Translations under genes and position numbers: made by a program | Origin: Acidobacteriota bacterium | GTDB taxonomy: Bacteria > Acidobacteriota > UBA6911 | Direction of reading: 5' to 3' | NCBI GenBank assembly: GCA_963664705.1 | Contig: OY761556.1 | Coordinates: 3,936,001 to 4,000,000, forward strand | Length of the DNA stretch: 64,000 nucleotides | Notes under the pieces: model-generated | What the model was told of the DNA's origin: nothing | What the model saw: the letters and a program-made list of their open reading frames with translations, nothing else | Database searches by the model: none | Part shown: one piece after another, positions 59,147-64,000 of the stretch | Layout: every line of letters begins with the position of its first letter | Numbering within the stretch: the stretch's first letter is position 1

Positions 59147-60931
59147 ATGAAACTCAGAGCAATCAGCATATCGATTGTTTTGATCGCGAGCTTTTTAGCG
59201 GCGGGTGCATGGGCAGCGGATGCGGCGAAAATCGTCGTGATGAATCCGCGGGGCATCCAGCCTGAAATCCGCAAGATTCCGATGGCAAAACGCCAGGCGA
59301 CGCTCGACGACAAAACAGTCTACATCGTAGATACGAAATACCCGAACACGAAACCTTTCGTTGAAGCGCTGCTTGCGGCGCTGAAAGCCAAGTATCCGAA
59401 GACCACGTGGGTGGTGAAGGAAAAGCTCGGCGGATACATGGATGATGATCCGGCGCTGTGGAAGGAAACCAAAGAGAAAGCCGCCGCTGCCATCGTCCTG
59501 GTGGGGCATTGAAGCAGCTGCTCGCCGGCAGTTGTCGGCCATGCAGTGACACTGGAAAGAATGGGCATCCCCGCGGTACCGATGATCACAGCGCGTTTCA
59601 AAGAGCTGGTAACGACGATCTCGTACAAAAAAGGGATTCCGAACATGCGGATCACCTATACGCCGCATCCCATCACCGACAGACCCCGGGATCTTTGCGA
59701 CAAGTATGTGCAGGGCAACGATCCGAACAGCGGCCAGCCGATGCTGGAGCAGATCTATGGAGCGCTGACGAAGCCTCTGTCGGCGGAAGACGCCAAAGCC
59801 GGCTTCCTCAAGCGAGATGCGCGCCCGAGGCTGTTGCCTCCGGACACGCCGGAAAACCTGCTGGAATACTTCCACGAACACGTCTTCACCGACGGCAACC
59901 CGATCATTCTCCCGACCGAACAGAAGGTGGCGGAAATGCTGAAAGCCACCAGCCGCAAGCCGGATGAATGGGTCGGCCAGATGCGTCCCTCTCCTCCCCA
60001 TGAAGCCTGGTACTACACGGTGGAAATGGTCGCCGTGAATGCCGTCATGGCGGGAGCCAAACCGGAATACTTCCCCACGATCCTGGCGATTGCCTCCAAG
60101 GGTTTGACCTCGATGTTCAGTTCGACTTCGTCGTTTGCCCGCATGGTCGTCGTCAACGGCCCGGTGGTGAAGGAAATCGGCATGAACACCAGCATCGGAG
60201 CGCTGGGTCCGAACAACCGTGCCAACTCCTCCATCGGCCGCTGCTGGACGCTGATCTCCAAGAACCTCGGCGGATCCGGGAAACCGGGAGAAACCTACCT
60301 GGGCAGCCAGGGGAACCAGTTGAACTACAACAACCTCTGCTTCCCGGAAACGGAAGAAGGGTTGCCGGCAGGATGGAATCCGTTGTCGGTACAGAAGGGT
60401 TTCAAGAAGTCCGACAGCGTGGTCAGCCTGTTCAGCGGCTGGAGCTTCAACGATATCGCCTGGTACTCGCCGCTGCCGCAGCATGAAGTCATCCGCGGCT
60501 GGCTGGAACATTTCTTCTCGTTCGGGACGACGCAGGCAACACTGGTGCTCGATCCGATTGTGGCAGCCGACGTAGCGAACATCGGGCGCTTTGCGACGAA
60601 GGAAGCCTTTGCCAAATGGCTGGCAGACAACACCGGGACCCCTGGCTGGCTGTACTGGTCGCAGAATGCCGATGCGCTGAAGCAGGCGAAGGATGGCGTG
60701 GAGCCCTATGCCACCTGGTACAAACAGGGCATGGGCGCCGTGGTGCCGGCTTCCCGCTATAAACGCGATGGTGCGGTGCCGGCGAGGAACACATCATTCA
60801 TGGCCTCGAAGGACAGCGGCGAGCCGACCAATTCGCTCGAAATCGTGGTAACCGGCGGCGGGACGAACACGTTCTGGTCAGGCGGCGATTTCGGCTATGC
60901 GGGCAGCGCGTCCGTGGATCTCTGGAGATAG
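59147..60931 (+). CDS. Exported UGSC-like selenoprotein (Sec122 in U-S-S-C) fused to a conserved C-terminal domain
   Basis: Two track ORFs in the same frame, separated only by TGA 59510-59512; reads VLVGH-U-SSC-SPAVVGHAVTLERMGIP; GGAGG RBS; signal peptide. Confidence 0.88.
59513..59548 (+). promoter_or_regulatory. Putative bacterial SECIS element
   Basis: GCCGGC-AGTT-GTCGGC hairpin starting 11 nt after the TGA; lower stem CTGC/GCAG. Confidence 0.7.
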
Positions 60932-60944
60932 GAGGAACGATCAC

Positions 60945-61511
60945 ATGAAAAACAGATTAATGATAGCTGCAATGGCGCTGTTGGGATTGGTCGCATGCCT
61001 CCAGCCTGTCATGGCGCAGGAGAACACGCCCACGAATCCGGTTGCCGTAAAGGTGCCGCTGAAATCGATGGTCGAACTCGGGTCGGTGTATACCAACATC
61101 TATGACATCACGATCACGGTACTTGAAACTGTTCGCGGCAATGCGGCGCTTGAACAGCTCAAGGCGGCGGATCCGAATGTCAAGGCGCCGGCAGCGGGCT
61201 TTGATTACGTGCTGGCACGCGTCAAGTTCGAACTCAAGGGGCGCTATGTCAGCGACAACCTGTCGTTTGATCTCGGAACCGAACCGCTGCAGTGGGTTTT
61301 GCTGTCGGGCGCGGATCTGACGGAATATGACCGGGTATCACTGACGGTTCCCAAGCCTGCGCTGGCAGGCATTGTGAAACCCGGCGGTTCGATGGAAGGC
61401 TGGGTGGGCTTTGCCGTTTCTCAGAAAGACACCAAGCCGGTGATGGTATTTGATCCGGATACCGGCGGCGCCACCGGGCGCGGCAAAACTCTCTTCTTCA
61501 AAATGTATTAG
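60945..61511 (+). CDS. Secreted Ig-like (DUF4352-like) protein
   Basis: GGAGG RBS overlapping the upstream stop; signal peptide VMA-Q; PGGSMEGWVGFAV pattern. Confidence 0.7.
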   Translation: MKNRLMIAAMALLGLVACLQPVMAQENTPTNPVAVKVPLKSMVELGSVYTNIYDITITVLETVRGNAALEQLKAADPNVKAPAAGFDYVLARVKFELKGRYVSDNLSFDLGTEPLQWVLLSGADLTEYDRVSLTVPKPALAGIVKPGGSMEGWVGFAVSQKDTKPVMVFDPDTGGATGRGKTLFFKMY

Positions 61512-61518
61512 TAGAACA

Positions 61519-61575
61519 GGGGTCGGACCCGGGAAAGTCCATATTGAAGACACGGAACTCCAAAGGTTCGACCCC
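61519..61575. repeat. 57-bp element with 11-bp terminal inverted repeats
   Basis: GGGGTCGGACC ... GGTTCGACCCC (one mismatch). Confidence 0.6.
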
Positions 61576-61586
61576 AAGGCGACAAC

Positions 61587-62861
61587 ATGCTATTTGATCA
61601 GTTTGTTCAGCTGCTGCCCACTGAGGGGATCAAAATTGTTCTGGTTCTCTTCCTGGCTTTTCTCATTGGCCTGGAGAGAGAGGAACACAAAGCCAATGAA
61701 ACCCACTACTCCTTCGGAGGAGTGCGCACCTTTCCGCTCATTGCGCTCATTGGCTATTCGATTGCCCTTTTGGCTGGGAAACAGATATGGCCTGTTGTTC
61801 TGGGCTTTCTGGCCGTTGCTGGATTCCTGATGCTCTCTTATTGGCGTAAAGTCACTACGCCATTGGAAGATCAAATGCCGGGCGTGACATCCGAACTATC
61901 CGGGCTGATCACATACCTGGTAGGGCCGCTCGTTTATCACGACTTTTTCTGGATCGCGACCACTCTCACGGTAGCCAGCATCCTTCTGCTCGAGCTAAAG
62001 GATGTACTGGAGGGATTAACCAAGCGCATAGCCCCACACGAGATCCTCACCTTCACAAAATTCCTGCTGCTGACTGCTGTAATTCTACCGGTACTCCCGA
62101 ATCAGTCATTCGGGCGTTTTCAAATCAACCCATTTAAAACCTGGCTGATTGTTGTCGCGGTCAGCTCGGTTTCGTACGGCAGCTATCTGCTGCTGCAATT
62201 CACCAAAGGAAGCGGGATTCAACTCTCGGCAGTTCTTGGAGGCATCTATTCCTCGACCGCAACAACAGTGGCGCTGGCTAAGAGGTCCACTCGCGAAACA
62301 CACCCCCATCTGTTTTCGGGATCGATTCTCATGGCCTCTGCTTTCATGTATCTCCGGCTGACAATTTTGATCGGAATCTTCAACTGGGAACTGATGCGGA
62401 TACTGGCCATCCCCTTTATCAGCCTGGCTGTAGTCGCGGGGGTTACCGGTTTGTTATGGTCGCGCCGCCTTGACGGACCTCACGAGGAATTGCATCGTCA
62501 ATACCAGCATGAAAATCCGCTGGAGATGCGAGCAGCATTTTTCTTTGCTGCCATCTTCATCGTCATTCTGGTGTTTACCAGGCTGGTGTATTCCTACATG
62601 GGAAACAGGGGAGCCTATTTGCTGGGAGCGATAGTCGGATTCGCCGATGTAGATCCGTTTATCATGAGCATGACCCAGGCTACCGGGATAACCGCCCAGT
62701 TGAATGTGAGCGCGGGCGCTATTATTCTCGCGACCACGAGCAACAACCTCGCCAAAGGGACATATGCCTATTTCTTTGGCAGTCACGACGCCGGCCGCGA
62801 GGCTTTCATTCTTTTGGTGGGATTGGCGGCTGCCGGACTCATCCCTCTATTCCTGCTCTAA
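61587..62861 (+). CDS. MgtC/SapB + DUF4010 membrane protein
   Basis: IGLERE, GGVRTFPLI, GGIYSSTATT and GFADVD motifs. Confidence 0.9.
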   Translation: MLFDQFVQLLPTEGIKIVLVLFLAFLIGLEREEHKANETHYSFGGVRTFPLIALIGYSIALLAGKQIWPVVLGFLAVAGFLMLSYWRKVTTPLEDQMPGVTSELSGLITYLVGPLVYHDFFWIATTLTVASILLLELKDVLEGLTKRIAPHEILTFTKFLLLTAVILPVLPNQSFGRFQINPFKTWLIVVAVSSVSYGSYLLLQFTKGSGIQLSAVLGGIYSSTATTVALAKRSTRETHPHLFSGSILMASAFMYLRLTILIGIFNWELMRILAIPFISLAVVAGVTGLLWSRRLDGPHEELHRQYQHENPLEMRAAFFFAAIFIVILVFTRLVYSYMGNRGAYLLGAIVGFADVDPFIMSMTQATGITAQLNVSAGAIILATTSNNLAKGTYAYFFGSHDAGREAFILLVGLAAAGLIPLFLL

Positions 62862-62943
62862 GCCCAATTTTTCCGCTCACTCCATGAGATTAATGGTGAA
62901 GCGAAGCTGCACATTCACCGTGAAACTGCGTAAATCTAGCGCC

Positions 62944-64000
62944 TTATTTGAAGGCAACCGAATTCAGGATCTGTTTGAACGCCGGCTGATAGTTGATAAA
63001 TTCATTTTCCGGAGCCACGAATACAAAGTAAACCAATCCTTCCGGGCGAAGCACGGTCACAATCCAGTCGGTCTCCCGCCCTCCGACCGGAGAATTATTC
63101 ACGAACATCCTCGACAGCGCATTTTGCCCCGCTACTTTGATCTGGCCCAAATCCTTCGAAAGGCGCATTGCAGAATTGGAGCTCTGCATGTCCTGCGTCA
63201 GTTGATTGGTGGCATCTTTCAGGCTTGGCCGGCTGCCGGAACCAAGAGTGCGCACCGACATGATAGTGCCATACGCCAAAGCCTCGTTATTGCCGGCTTG
63301 CACAATTCCGCCATCCGGAGCGAGCGTAAACGCCTGTTTCTCTCCATAGGCTTTCCAGTTATCCGGATGCCGTACTCGCAGGTTGTCGACCTCATAAGTC
63401 TGGAACCGGCTCGACGGAAGGGCCGGACGGGCCGGCTGCCCCTGCGGCGCCGGCTCTGAATCCTGTGTCTGCTGTGGACTGGATTTCGGAGCTGGAGGAA
63501 GAGATTTCACAAGGGCACGTATATTTTGGAATTCCCGGTCATTTCCGATTCCGCTTGGGCTCATTCCAAGCTTGCTGATTTCGGCACTGATATTCTGGAT
63601 TCTGTTCTCGGGATTTGGATGACTGCTGAAGAAATCGGTCCCGCGCCCTTTTGTATCGAGTTTCTCGAAGAAGGTTGCGAGATACTTCGGATCATAGCCG
63701 GTATCGAACAAAATCTGCGCGCCCATCAAGTCGGCCTGGCGTTCGTCATCCCTGGAATATTTCAACAGAATGGAATTTGCGGCAAACTTGGTTCCGATCT
63801 GTGCCAGGACTGCCCCGAACGACTTGCTTCCAAGTATGCCACCGAGTATCGCAAGAGGAGCCTGAGCAACATATTGTTTGCTTGCCTGGTTTGTTCCGTG
63901 ACGCAATACCACATGGCCTATCTCATGGCCTATGACTCCCGCCAACTCCGCTTCATTATCCGCGGCCTCGATGGTTCCCCGATTCACATAGAGAAAGCCG
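62944..64000 (-). CDS. M48 family zinc metallopeptidase (5' end outside window)
   Basis: ELAGVIGHEIGH, YSRDDERQAD and SSHP motifs. Confidence 0.92.
   Translation of the reverse strand, partial: GFLYVNRGTIEAADNEAELAGVIGHEIGHVVLRHGTNQASKQYVAQAPLAILGGILGSKSFGAVLAQIGTKFAANSILLKYSRDDERQADLMGAQILFDTGYDPKYLATFFEKLDTKGRGTDFFSSHPNPENRIQNISAEISKLGMSPSGIGNDREFQNIRALVKSLPPAPKSSPQQTQDSEPAPQGQPARPALPSSRFQTYEVDNLRVRHPDNWKAYGEKQAFTLAPDGGIVQAGNNEALAYGTIMSVRTLGSGSRPSLKDATNQLTQDMQSSNSAMRLSKDLGQIKVAGQNALSRMFVNNSPVGGRETDWIVTVLRPEGLVYFVFVAPENEFINYQPAFKQILNSVAFK

Noticed and set aside
59147-59512. Reading the 121-aa ORF as a separate gene or a nonsense pseudogene
   Set aside because: The UxxC context, in-frame continuation and SECIS-like hairpin favour selenocysteine recoding
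59195-60511. 438-aa antisense ORF
   Set aside because: Shadow of the GC3-rich selenoprotein gene; no recognisable motifs

Overview
Gene-dense bacterial chromosomal segment. The gene content suggests an Acidobacteriota-like diderm, but this is inference only. Core loci: dsbA-like/mauE, prkA-yeaH-spoVR, mutY, an ECF sigma/ZAS anti-sigma/CpxP-like operon, cyclophilin, tRNA-Cys, hemE, archaeal-type proS, dGTPase, LOG, thiD, a TetR-TolC-YbhGFSR-like ABC exporter, a CDF transporter, hrcA-grpE-dnaK-dnaJ-rsmE, degP, uvrA, queE and an OPT transporter. No integrase, transposase or CRISPR array was seen. Main signals: (1) the ORFs at 59147-59512 and 59546-60931 are in frame across a TGA that reads H-U-S-S-C and is followed 11 nt later by a SECIS-like hairpin, so they probably form one 594-aa signal-peptide-bearing UxxC selenoprotein, with a co-oriented secreted partner gene; (2) an operon downstream of tRNA-Cys encodes a secreted gluzincin-like protein lacking zinc ligands and carrying Gly/Met/Gln/Asn repeats, three tandem membrane-fusion proteins and an ATPase-less MacB-type permease; (3) a shared ECF-type promoter motif (TGWAAC-N15-17-CGTAA) precedes that operon, the ECF sigma gene and degP; (4) several apparent pseudo-enzymes and intergenic 7-bp repeats are present. 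All family calls come from motif recognition by eye; no database search was run.
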